In this document: positions 16,920 through 26,515 of the stretch, in pieces
How the letters are laid out: every line of letters begins with the position of its first letter
Position numbering within the stretch: position 1 is the first letter of the stretch
Source of the DNA: an uncultured Verrucomicrobiae bacterium
Lineage (GTDB): Bacteria > Verrucomicrobiota > Verrucomicrobiia > Chthoniobacterales > Chthoniobacteraceae
Direction of reading: 5' to 3'
DNA length: 64,000 nt
NCBI GenBank assembly: GCA_963769025.1
Contig: CAVYKI010000002.1
Span: 92,942 to 156,941, forward strand
Notes under the pieces: model-generated
What the model saw: the letters and a program-made list of their open reading frames with translations, nothing else
Database searches by the model: none
What the model was told of the DNA's origin: nothing
Made by a program: the position numbers and the translations under genes

Positions 16920-18473
16920 TTGAATGAAGCCCCGGTGCCGTTTCGATCCAAGGCCGGTCCTCCCGATTGCATCGCCAGTCTGATGCTGGCGCTCGGCTCC
17001 ATCACGTTCGCATCGGCACAGACCGCCCCGGCATTCCGTTCCGGCGCGCAGCTTCAGCTCATCGAATCGAGCGGCGCGGAGACGGTCCCGCCCGCCGGTA
17101 CGCAGAGCGAATTGTTCGGCAACGTGCCCGCATTCCGGACGGATGTGAACCGGATGCCCAAGGTCCCCCGCACCGTTCAGCCAATGCCGGGCACCGTGCA
17201 GCCGCTCCCCGCCCCCGAGGTATCAGTCCAGGTGAAGGGCGCGGCGGCGGCGCGGGCGGCGGCCGGGACATCGGCGCGGGCGAGGGAAACGCCCATCGCC
17301 TTTCAACGCCACCCGAGCCGCAACCTCGTTTCTCCCGATGACGATGCTGCCTTCACGTTTCGCACGACGACCGCTGCCGGAGTGCTGGGCCAGATCCGAG
17401 TGGGAGTCCAGACCGACGTCTTGCACACGGATAACCTCAGCAACACGGCGCGCAACCGCGCCATCGACGAAGTCGTCATGGACTTGAGGCCCATCATAAA
17501 GCTCAACCTCGGCAGCCTGCCCGCAGGTTCGGCGGATGAGACCCCGCGCAGCGAATATTACCTCGAGCTCCTTTACACACCCACCCAGCAAACGCTGGTG
17601 GACCGCGGAACATCGAGGATGCTGCAACGCCTCTCAGGCGAAGTCGGACGGGCCAGCCCCGTATTCCTGTCGGCGGTGAGGTTCGAGTACGACGAAAACA
17701 TTTCCTCCATCAGCGGAGACGGCACGGTCGAGGACGTTGGCACGCTGACGGAAATTTCCCCGGTGTTCGAATACAGCCTCAGCGCCAAGACCACGCTCCA
17801 TCTCAGGGCGATCGGGCGCCGTATCGCTTCGCAGGGATCGAGCACCAACCGCACGGATTACATTTTCCAGACTGGAATGGCCGTCGAGCAGACCGCCAAG
17901 ACCACGATTGGCGCGGGATTGGAATTCGGCCACATCCCCTTTGATCAGGCGCAGTTTGGCGAGCAGAACTACCAGCAAGCCTACGCCTCCATGGTGTGGA
18001 AAGCGTCGCCGAAACTGCGCTTCCAGACCCGCGCCGGGGTCGAGTTGCGGGAGTTCGACCGCCCGCTGCCAAAGGCCGCCCGCGTCACGCCGGTCGCGAG
18101 CATGGTGGTCAACTGGACCCCAAATCCGGGCACGCTGATCAACGCCGGCTTCCGCGTGCGCAACGAGCCATCCGTCTCCAAGGTCGGCGCGACCTTTCAG
18201 GAGATCCGTTTCGGGACTGATGCCACGTATCGCGTCGGCCAGAATTGGTATGTCAAAGGCGAGGCGGCGCTGATCCAGCGCAACTACGACTCCGGGACGA
18301 AGGAACTTGAATCCTACGTCCGTCCGGCATTTGGCTTTCGCAGCGAAAAGGGCCGGCTTTTCGACAGCCTGAATGTCGAAATCTACTATCAGTTCAGGCG
18401 TCTGGATTCGAACCAGCGCGGGGCGGATCGGGACAGGAATCTGTTCGGGATCGAATCGACGCTGTATTTTTGA
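16920..18473 (+). CDS. Putative outer-membrane beta-barrel protein of the EPS locus
   Basis: Signal-like N-terminus (…CIASLMLALGSITFASAQ), alternating-polarity strands through the C-terminal 350 aa, and the terminal motif ...GIESTLYF (C-terminal Phe, as in OMPs). Divergent from the OPX gene. The TTG start is uncertain. Confidence 0.55.
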   Translation: MNEAPVPFRSKAGPPDCIASLMLALGSITFASAQTAPAFRSGAQLQLIESSGAETVPPAGTQSELFGNVPAFRTDVNRMPKVPRTVQPMPGTVQPLPAPEVSVQVKGAAAARAAAGTSARARETPIAFQRHPSRNLVSPDDDAAFTFRTTTAAGVLGQIRVGVQTDVLHTDNLSNTARNRAIDEVVMDLRPIIKLNLGSLPAGSADETPRSEYYLELLYTPTQQTLVDRGTSRMLQRLSGEVGRASPVFLSAVRFEYDENISSISGDGTVEDVGTLTEISPVFEYSLSAKTTLHLRAIGRRIASQGSSTNRTDYIFQTGMAVEQTAKTTIGAGLEFGHIPFDQAQFGEQNYQQAYASMVWKASPKLRFQTRAGVELREFDRPLPKAARVTPVASMVVNWTPNPGTLINAGFRVRNEPSVSKVGATFQEIRFGTDATYRVGQNWYVKGEAALIQRNYDSGTKELESYVRPAFGFRSEKGRLFDSLNVEIYYQFRRLDSNQRGADRDRNLFGIESTLYF

Positions 18474-18501
18474 TTCGCGGCACCACGCCCGCGCGGGCCG
18501 C

Positions 18502-20215
18502 TCATTCCGAACTGAGTTTTGTGAGCTGCGTGCCGAGGTCGTTTAGCTGGCGCGCGGCCTGCGCCGTTCCCTGAATCGCCAGCAGTGCCTGCCGCGCGAC
18601 ATGGTCGATGTTTTTCATCGCGTCATTGATGTGCATCATCCCGCCGGCTTCCTGCTCGGCGGACCCGACGATTTGCGCGGACGTCTGAGCGACTTCCGAA
18701 AGTGCCACTGCCAGTTCGTTGATGGTCTTGCTGCTCTGGTCGCCCACTGCGATGGCGCCGGACACGCCCGTGGTCACTCCTTCCATCGATGCGACCGCGG
18801 CGCTGGTGGCCTTCAGGATTTGGCCGAGGATCTGCCGGACTTGTGCGGTGCCGTTTCGGGATTGTTCGGCCATGGCCTTGATCTCCCTGGCGATGACGGT
18901 GAACTCCTTTCCGCCCTCGCCCGCCTTTGCGGCTTCGATGGCGGCATTCACGGCCAGCAAGTGAGATTGCCGCGCGATGTCGTCCACGGTGGTGATGATG
19001 TCGGAGATGGCCTTCGTCTGCTGCACGAGCGCCATCATGTTCCGCGCCGTGTGCTCGACCTGCTGCTTCACGCCGTTGAGCGCGGAAACGGATTCATCCA
19101 CGGCCTTGCGTCCGGCGTTTCCGATTTCGATCGTCCGCTGGACGGTCTTGCCAACGCCTGCCGCGCGCATGGCCGCATCGCGCGCCGTCTGCGTGACTTC
19201 CTCCACGGTCGCGACGACACGGGTGACTGCCGCGGCCTGCTTCTCGGCGCCGGCGGCCTGTTCCCGCGTGCTGTCGAGCAACTGCGCGCTCGTGCCGCCG
19301 AGCTGGCTGACTGCGGCGCGGGTGCTGCCGAGGATTTCATCCAGCCGTGCACGCGACCGCTTTTCCGCGATCAGCGTTTCGTCGAGGCGCGCGCGCGACT
19401 GGGTTTCCGTCTGGATGGTGCTGCGCAGCGTGCCGACCATGCGCCAGAAGTCGCGGGCGAGCTGGCCGACTTCACCGCCGCTGTCGAGGACCGCCGTGAG
19501 CCTTTTCTCGGCTTCGGTGTCGTCCACTTTGTCGGCGATGCGCGAGGCCGTATCGGTAAGGACGCTGATGGGCCCGGCAATCGTGCGCACGATGAAAAAG
19601 CCAAAGATGCCGACGATGAGCGCGACCAGAATCGTCACGAGGATCGATGTCCGGACGACCCGGTTAAAGTGCGCATCGGCCTCGCGGTACGCTGCGCGAG
19701 CACTCGTCGATTTTCGCTTTTTGCCAGGTGTCGAGTTGGGCGATGACTGCATCAAACTGTGCGCGTCCCGCGCCGACGGCGTTGATGAACGCCTCCTCGC
19801 GAAATCCATTGATGGCGCGGTCGATGGTGAAGTCCTTGAGCTTCTTGTAGCGCTCCCACTCCGCCTGCAGTTTCTCAAATTCAATGCGCTCGGGCGTCGT
19901 CCCGCGATCACTTTGCCATCCTCGGAAGGCTTCGTCGATTTCGCGGCTCTTCTCCTTCTGCGCCGAGTTCAGCATCTCCCGGGCTTCACTGTCGGGAGCC
20001 AGCACGATCGAGAGCGCCGACTCGCGCACCCGATGCACCGGGTCGCTGATCTCCTTGCTGCTCCGTTGGAAGTCCTGCGCCGTGGCGTCCACTGCCTTGA
20101 CCCATTCGAAAGTCGAACGGGTATTCGAGATGCCGTAGAGCGCCATGCCGACAAACGTGATGATCGCAATGGCCACCAGGCAAAGCAGCTTGCGGGAGAT
20201 GCTCCAATTGTTCAT
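18502..20215 (-). pseudogene. Methyl-accepting chemotaxis protein (4HB_MCP sensor, HAMP, MA domain), one frame break near 19.69-19.70 kb
   Basis: ORF 19664..20215 encodes TM1 plus a four-helix-bundle sensor. ORF 18502..19911 encodes TM2 (SILVTILVALIVGIFGFFIV), HAMP and the highly conserved signalling domain (...IARQSHLLAVNAAIEAAKAGEGGKEF). The two frames join between ...TWQKAKIDE and AAYREADAHF. Confidence 0.8.
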
Positions 20216-20254
20216 CGGTGATTCGAGTCGGAGAAATTCGGGTGGCTGGGCATT

Positions 20255-21934
20255 TCAGTGAAGGCGGGTGATCTGGACTGGCTTCTTCAGCGAGTCGGGA
20301 TACGGCCCCTTCCGGACGGACCAGTGCTGGTCCGTGATCTGGATTTTCCACAAGGGCATGCACGCCATTTTGTAGGGACGAATGACGACCTCCTTGTTCA
20401 CGGCAAAGACATTGTTCGGCGTGGGAACCGCCAGCAGGTAGCCGTTTTCATAGGCCCGCCGCATGATCTTTTCGCAGACCGGGACGAATCCGGGTTCGAC
20501 CACCGCGGTGCGAAACATTTCCTCAATGTAGCCATCCATGACCGGGTCCGGGGAAACGGTGCTCCAGACATCGGTCGTGCGATAGACGAAGAAGGCCGTG
20601 AACGGATGATTGAAATACCAGTCGTCATTCCCCCAGACGAGGAGATCCCATTGCGTCTTGTTTTTGCGCGCATTCGTGGTGAGGAGCGTGCCAAAAATTT
20701 CCGCCTCACTCGGCGCCACGTCGATTTTCAGCGTCACGCCGACCTTGGACAGTTGCGACTGGATGCCGCGCCAGAGCGGAAGGAACCGATCCTGCGTGAA
20801 TACGCGCAGCTCCAGACCATCGAGGATATTCTTCAGCCTCTCCCGCGTCTCCGGAGCATAGGGATCTTCGACTTCCGAATACGGCTTCAGCGATTGCGAA
20901 ACCGTGCGCACTCCGGGAAAATTGGACGACGCGCCGACCGCCGAGAGGTCGCCTTCGCTTTCATAGACGAAATGCAGCAGGTTCGCCTGGTTGATGGCCT
21001 GGTTCAGCGCGACGCGGACGTCCTTTTCCAGCAGGCGCGGATTCCCGTTCCGCATGTTGATGTGGATGGTGATGTTATTCGTCGAAGGCGAAGTCAGCAG
21101 CTTCGCGAACGGGGACAGGATGGTCGCGACTTTGTCCACCGGGGAGATGGTCGTGATGTCCAGTGCGCCTTCCTCGTTCAAGACCATGTCGCGGGCCTTG
21201 TCGCTGTCGAGTTCGGTGTAGATGGTGATCTTCTCCACCTTGGGATAGCGCTTGTCCCAATAGTGGGGGTTTGCCTCCAGAACGACCTCCTTGGTATGGC
21301 GGTCGCCTTCCACATAGCCTTCCTTGAGAACGTAAGGCCCCAGCCCGTACGGCCCCGGCTCCGCGAGATTCGGGCAGTTGGATTTGCCGTTCCAGCCAAA
21401 CTTCCTGAGATACGGTTCCGTGTAGAATTGCATCCAGATCACGTCGTTGAGAAAGCTCCCGTATTTCTCCGTGAGGTGAAATCGGACCGTATAGTCATCC
21501 ACCTTCTCGGCGCGGTCGAAGACGAGGTGGATCTTGCTGTAGAGCGTGGGCTTCTTCTTGAAGTAACCCATGTTCAATACGACCGCGTCGGCATTGAACG
21601 GGCTGCCGTCCTGGAATTGCACACCTTCGCGCAATTTGAACTCGTAAGTCTTCTCGTCGATCTGGCGATAAGCTGTCGCCATGTCATACTCCCAGCCCTG
21701 CTCGTTATCCGAGGGCCGGAGGAGGGCCGCGTTGATCGAATGGGAAGTATAGAGGTACGGAAGGCTGGGGATGAAAACCTTCACGTGCGAGCCTTTCACC
21801 AGTGCCGGCTGCGCGCGCTGCGCAGCGTCGTCTTCCCGCAAGACGAGCGGCTCGAAGGCAGGCAGGCCGCTGGTGACGGGCAGCAATGCCGCGAGAATTC
21901 GGCAGAAGGTTCGGATGAGGAGATCGGATTTCAT
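20255..21934 (-). CDS. ABC-type solute-binding protein, family 5 (peptide/nickel/opine type), orphan
   Basis: Signal peptide plus ...AYRQIDEKTYEFKLREGVQFQDGSPFNADAVVLN..., typical of SBP_bac_5. No permease or ATPase genes are nearby, and it lies 39 bp upstream of the MCP on the same strand. Confidence 0.85.
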   Translation of the reverse strand: MKSDLLIRTFCRILAALLPVTSGLPAFEPLVLREDDAAQRAQPALVKGSHVKVFIPSLPYLYTSHSINAALLRPSDNEQGWEYDMATAYRQIDEKTYEFKLREGVQFQDGSPFNADAVVLNMGYFKKKPTLYSKIHLVFDRAEKVDDYTVRFHLTEKYGSFLNDVIWMQFYTEPYLRKFGWNGKSNCPNLAEPGPYGLGPYVLKEGYVEGDRHTKEVVLEANPHYWDKRYPKVEKITIYTELDSDKARDMVLNEEGALDITTISPVDKVATILSPFAKLLTSPSTNNITIHINMRNGNPRLLEKDVRVALNQAINQANLLHFVYESEGDLSAVGASSNFPGVRTVSQSLKPYSEVEDPYAPETRERLKNILDGLELRVFTQDRFLPLWRGIQSQLSKVGVTLKIDVAPSEAEIFGTLLTTNARKNKTQWDLLVWGNDDWYFNHPFTAFFVYRTTDVWSTVSPDPVMDGYIEEMFRTAVVEPGFVPVCEKIMRRAYENGYLLAVPTPNNVFAVNKEVVIRPYKMACMPLWKIQITDQHWSVRKGPYPDSLKKPVQITRLH

Positions 21935-22246
21935 TTCAGCGCCGTCCCGCTCAGTGGGTCAAACCTCGCCGGGGACCGGCGGCTTGACGTTCATGAGCGC
22001 GATTTTCGCTCAGGTGCGATTACTGGTGGCAGACTATGCACGCGGAATTTCGCGACAAGCCCAAAGCACGGCGCCGCACCGCGGGCGGGAATCATTCGTA
22101 AGCAACCGTTCAACGGCGATTCGCGAGAGTGCGGTTCTTTCGCCCGCAGTCGTCCCGATTTGCCGTCCAGCCCACTTCTTTCGCGTGGTAAAGGATGCCC
22201 CGTCGCCCGGTTCGGAAGGAGCGCTCTCACTGCAGATCCGGTGGCA

Positions 22247-23725
22247 TCAGGCTGCCATTACCGTCTTGGTAAAGATGATGGTCACGACTGCTCCGCCTTC
22301 GTCGGCGTTGCGGATGCCGAGGATGGCGCTGTGCATTTCCAGGATTTGCTTCGTGACGGTCAGGCCTAGCCCCGTGCCCTGCCCGACCGGCTTGGTCGTG
22401 AAGAACGGGTCGAAAAGCCTCTTCAAGTGTTCCTCCGGGATTCCGGTCCCGGTGTCGCGGATTTCGACGACCACCACGGTGTCACCTGCGACGTAGCGGG
22501 GCCCGGAGGCGCCGTTGGCCGCATAGTCGGCATCGTCCGTTTCCATCGTCCGTTGCGAGGTCTGGATGGTGAGCGTTCCTCCCGCCGACATGGCCTGCGA
22601 CGCATTCACGAAGACGTTGATGAAGACCTGCAGGATCTTATTTGGATCGACCCTGCATTTTGGAAGGCCTGGCGTCAGCGTTTTGGCGACCCGCACCTTC
22701 GCAATCGTCAGGTCATGCTTTACGAACCGCAGCGTCTTTTCGATCAGCGAATTCATGCATGCCGTCCCGATTTCGAGACTGCGCGGTGCCGCCAGGCTCA
22801 GCAGGTCGCTGATGACCAGGCTCGCTCGCTCCACGGCATCCTTCATGTCGCCGAGGACGCCGTCGGTCTGCCCGGGATTGTGCGTCAGCGGCACCTGGGC
22901 GAGCCACTCGATGCCGATTTGCAGAATGCCGAGGGGGTTCTTCACTTCATGGGCGATGGCGGCGGCGAGGCGGCCGACGCACTGGAGCTTCTCGGCTTCG
23001 ATCAATTGCATCTGCGCCTCCTTGAGACGCTCGTTGGACTCATTCGCAGCCGCGAGCGCCCGCCGGAGGTCGTCGGCCTGCTGTTCGAGCTGCTGCTTGG
23101 CATCCTCGAGCTGGCGGTTTTTCTGAACGGCGACTTCGTAAGTCGAAAGGAGGAGCTCGACCGAATGTGCGCGCTCGGTGTCGATGGAGTAGCTCTGACC
23201 GTCGTAAACGAGCTCGGTCACAACCGGCCTTTCGCCGGATCTCCGGAACGGCATGCTCGCGAGCAGGTGCTCGATCCGTGAGATCAGTACATCTTCGTCG
23301 TAGGGCTTGATCACGAAACTGTCGGCGCCGCACTGGATGCCCTTGAGGACATCCTTGGGCTCGGAGAGTGTCGTCAGCAGGATGACCGGCAGATCCCGGA
23401 GCGTGTCATCGCTCTTGATCCGGTCGCACAAATCGTAGCCGTTCATCTCGGGCATGTTGACGTCCGTGATCACCAAAGTGGGGCGGCGCCGGAGCAGATG
23501 GTCGAGCGCTTCCCTCCCGTTTTCGGTCAGGATCACCTCAAAGTGATGTTGCTGCAGCATGTAGGAGAGCGCCATCGCCTGCGTGCGGCTGTCTTCGGCG
23601 ATCAGGATGCTGACGAGCCGGGTACGCCCAGAGGTTTCACCATCACGCGAGCCATTGCCGAGGTCGGTGGCGATCTCGCCCCCCCGATTCCCATCCCCTC
23701 CCGGTGGTGTGATCCAGTTTTCCAT
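22247..23725 (-). CDS. Hybrid response-regulator/histidine kinase (REC-coiled coil-HisKA-HATPase)
   Basis: REC: ILIAEDSRTQ...LVITDVNMPEMNGYDLCDRIKSD...VIKPYD. HisKA: AAAIAHEVKNPLG. HATPase: ...DTGTGIPEEHLKRLFDPFFTTKPVGQGTGLGL. ATG 23725 is preferred over GTG 23758. Confidence 0.85.
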   Translation of the reverse strand: MENWITPPGGDGNRGGEIATDLGNGSRDGETSGRTRLVSILIAEDSRTQAMALSYMLQQHHFEVILTENGREALDHLLRRRPTLVITDVNMPEMNGYDLCDRIKSDDTLRDLPVILLTTLSEPKDVLKGIQCGADSFVIKPYDEDVLISRIEHLLASMPFRRSGERPVVTELVYDGQSYSIDTERAHSVELLLSTYEVAVQKNRQLEDAKQQLEQQADDLRRALAAANESNERLKEAQMQLIEAEKLQCVGRLAAAIAHEVKNPLGILQIGIEWLAQVPLTHNPGQTDGVLGDMKDAVERASLVISDLLSLAAPRSLEIGTACMNSLIEKTLRFVKHDLTIAKVRVAKTLTPGLPKCRVDPNKILQVFINVFVNASQAMSAGGTLTIQTSQRTMETDDADYAANGASGPRYVAGDTVVVVEIRDTGTGIPEEHLKRLFDPFFTTKPVGQGTGLGLTVTKQILEMHSAILGIRNADEGGAVVTIIFTKTVMAA

Positions 23726-23860
23726 GGTCGTGTCCCTCAGTACACCCAGTTTCCTCACTTTCGTTACAGCGAAGCAAGCAAAGAATGCCCCGATAACATC
23801 TGTATGGATTGCTTATCCACAGGCTTGCATTTCATCGGCACGGCTGGCACCAAGGGCGCG

Positions 23861-24322
23861 ATGACACGACCGGTTTCTGAGTCCGTGGTACTGCTTGTGG
23901 TGGAGGAGTTAAATCTCGCCTTGCACCTCGAAGCCGTGGAGTGCGTCATCCGGTCCGTTGAGATTTCCGCGCTGCCGGATGCGCCGCACGGCGTCCTGGG
24001 TGTGATCAACCTGAAGGGCCGGATCATTCCCGTGTTCGATCTGCGGGCGCGTTTCGGGCTGCCGCCGCGCGAAGTCCGCGCGAGCGATTACCTCGTCATC
24101 TCCCGCCTGCGCTCTCGCTCGGTGGCCTTGTTGGTGGACACGGTCGTGGGCGTGGTGCCGGCCGGCCAGATGCAGTTGATCCAGTCTGCGGAAATCCTGC
24201 CGGAAATGGAATCCATCTCCGGTGTCCTGAAACTTGGGGGCAACCTGGTTTTTGTGCATGATTTGGAAAAATTCCTTTCGACAGAGGGTTACGGCGCGCT
24301 CGAGGCGGCGCTGGAACGTTAG
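23861..24322 (+). CDS. cheW: Chemotaxis coupling protein CheW
   Basis: ...VLGVINLKGRIIPVFDLRARFGLP...VALLVDTVVGV... CheW-like domain. ATG 23861 lies inside the longer track ORF 23498..24322. Confidence 0.85.
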   Translation: MTRPVSESVVLLVVEELNLALHLEAVECVIRSVEISALPDAPHGVLGVINLKGRIIPVFDLRARFGLPPREVRASDYLVISRLRSRSVALLVDTVVGVVPAGQMQLIQSAEILPEMESISGVLKLGGNLVFVHDLEKFLSTEGYGALEAALER

Positions 24323-24334
24323 CCGCCACACGCC

Positions 24335-25711
24335 GTGAATCTTCCCCCTGAACTCCTCGATGCGGTGAGCCGGCTCGTGGAGTCGCAGCTCGGCCTGCAT
24401 TTCCCGCGCGAGCGGCTGGGCGACCTGGAACGTGGACTGCGGAACGCCGCCAAGGAGCTGGGGTTCCGCAGCGTGGAGGAATATGCGCGGGAGCTGGTAG
24501 GGGGAGGGAAGGGGATGGCGCAGGTCGAGTCCCTCGCCGCACACCTTACGATCGGGGAGACGTATTTCTGCCGCGATCCCAAGTCGTTCGAGGCCCTTGA
24601 GACAAGCATTCTCCCCGCCTTTGTCCGCGAGCGGAAAGGTGACGCGAGGCGGCTGCGCATCTGGAGCGCAGGCTGTTGCACCGGGGAGGAGGCGTATTCC
24701 ATCGCGATGTCGCTCCGCCGTGCCATCCCCGACATTCGCGAGTGGCAGGTGACGATCTTGGCGACGGACATCAATCCCAAGTTCCTCCACAAGGCTGCAG
24801 AGGGCGTTTACGGGCCGTGGTCGTTCCGCGGCGTGCCCGATGAAGTAAAGCAGGCGTTCTTCCGTGAGCTTCCCGAGGCGCGACTGGAGGTGGTGCCATC
24901 CATCCGCAAGATGGTGACCTTTGGCTGCCTGAACCTCGCGGAGGACGTCTATCCGTCGCTCGCCACCAATACGACGGCGATGGACATCATCTTTTGCCGC
25001 AACGTGATGATCTATTTCTCGCAGGAACAACTGCGCAAGGTCGTGGCCAACCTCCATCGATCGCTGAGTGAAGGAGGGTGGCTTTTCGTGAGCGCTTCGG
25101 AAGCCTCGCCGCAAGCCTTTGCCAGTTTTTCGCCCGCGGGATTCGAGGGGACCGCAGTCTATCGGAAGAATCCTCCGCTGCCGCTGGAACGGAAGCAGGT
25201 GTCGCCGGTGGCCCCAATCCTCCATGCGACCCTGGACAGGTTGCGCGCGAAGCCCAGCGCGCCGCCACAGAAGCGGGAGCAGCCTGCCGTCCCGCCCGCA
25301 CAGCACAGCTTCTTGGCGGCACATCCTGCCGCCGAGGCGCGGCGGCTGGCGAATGAAGGGCGCCTCGGCGACGCGCTCGCCGCTTGCGAGCGGGCGATCC
25401 AGGCGGAGAAAGTCGTCGCGGCGCACTACTATCTGCGCGGCGCCATTCTTCAGGAGCAGAACGCGATCGAGGAGGCGACAGCCGATTTCAGAAAGGCGCT
25501 GTACCTCGACCACTCGTTCGTGGTCGCGCACTTCGCACTCGGCAACGCAATGCTCCGCCGCGGACGGAATCGCGACGCCCGCCGGTGCTTTGAAAATGTG
25601 CGGTCGTTGCTGGAGAATTATGCGCCGGAGGCCGAGCTGCCCGAGTCCGACGGGATCACCGCCGGCCGCATGTTGGAAATCATCACATCCATGCAGGAGA
25701 TCGCTGTGTGA
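24335..25711 (+). CDS. cheR: Chemotaxis methyltransferase CheR with C-terminal TPR domain
   Basis: CheR N-terminal helical domain and SAM-binding fold (RIWSAGCCTGEEAYSIAM...ILATDINP...DIIFCRNVMIYF), followed by about 110 aa of TPR-like repeats. Confidence 0.9.
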   Translation: MNLPPELLDAVSRLVESQLGLHFPRERLGDLERGLRNAAKELGFRSVEEYARELVGGGKGMAQVESLAAHLTIGETYFCRDPKSFEALETSILPAFVRERKGDARRLRIWSAGCCTGEEAYSIAMSLRRAIPDIREWQVTILATDINPKFLHKAAEGVYGPWSFRGVPDEVKQAFFRELPEARLEVVPSIRKMVTFGCLNLAEDVYPSLATNTTAMDIIFCRNVMIYFSQEQLRKVVANLHRSLSEGGWLFVSASEASPQAFASFSPAGFEGTAVYRKNPPLPLERKQVSPVAPILHATLDRLRAKPSAPPQKREQPAVPPAQHSFLAAHPAAEARRLANEGRLGDALAACERAIQAEKVVAAHYYLRGAILQEQNAIEEATADFRKALYLDHSFVVAHFALGNAMLRRGRNRDARRCFENVRSLLENYAPEAELPESDGITAGRMLEIITSMQEIAV

Positions 25712-25912
25712 TGCGCCCAGCCCGTTTGAAACGCCAACCCCGGCCCCGCAACGCAGCACTCACCCCAGCTGAAATGTCGAACACCACCGCTCATCGCCAG
25801 ACGCCGCGCTTCGCGCCAGTGCGGGATTATCGGACAACGGGCATTGATTTTATCGTTACCGCGGACCTGCGGGTCTGATTTAACTGCCATTCACCTTTCC
25901 CTTCCAACTGCG

Positions 25913-26488
25913 ATGACAACACCCGACGCCCTGCCTCCGAATTGGTGCCGCAGACATTTTCAGATGGGGGCCCTGCTGACTTTGCTCGGCGTCCTTTCGT
26001 CGGTGATTCCCCGCCCGGCTCATGCGGCTTTCGACGAGCATCAGGTCAAGGCGGTCTGGATCTACAATTTCACCCAGTTTGTCCGATGGAGTCCCAATTC
26101 GTTTCCCGACAGCGAGTCGCCCTTCACCATCGGTGTGCTGGGCGATGATCCGTTTGGCGGGGCATTGGCGGCGGCGGTAAAAGGCGAAACAATCCAGGGG
26201 CGAAAATTCGCGATCAAGCGCAGCCGCAACGTCGGTGCGCTGAAAGGCTGCCAGATTATCTTCGTCAGCAAATCGGAGAGCTCGCGGCTCGGGGAAATTC
26301 TGGGTGCGGTGGCGAGACAGGGCATTCTCACCGTCGGCGAAAGCCCGGGATTTTGCGCGCAGGGAGGCGTGTTTAATTTCACGCTCGCGGGCGGCACCGT
26401 CGGGGTCGAGGTCTCCATCGGCGCCGCGGCGCGCGAGGGGCTGAAGATCAACGCCCAACTCCTCCAGAAGTGCAAACGGCTCCCGTAG
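25913..26488 (+). CDS. YfiR-like (DUF4154) periplasmic protein
   Basis: Signal sequence, then VKAVWIYNFTQFVRWSP...FTIGVLGDDPFG...CQIIFVS...ILTVGES.GF...GGVFNF. This is the pattern I associate with the YfiR/DUF4154 family. Confidence 0.75.
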   Translation: MTTPDALPPNWCRRHFQMGALLTLLGVLSSVIPRPAHAAFDEHQVKAVWIYNFTQFVRWSPNSFPDSESPFTIGVLGDDPFGGALAAAVKGETIQGRKFAIKRSRNVGALKGCQIIFVSKSESSRLGEILGAVARQGILTVGESPGFCAQGGVFNFTLAGGTVGVEVSIGAAAREGLKINAQLLQKCKRLP

Positions 26489-26515
26489 CGAATTTCACCA
26501 GGAATCACCAAACCC

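Noticed and set aside
23845-23859. Sigma-54-like TGGCAC-N8-GC element upstream of the first cheW.
   Set aside because: The GG/GC spacing fits, but the -12 region is GCGC rather than TTGC. The predicted transcription start would also fall downstream of the cheW ATG at 23861.
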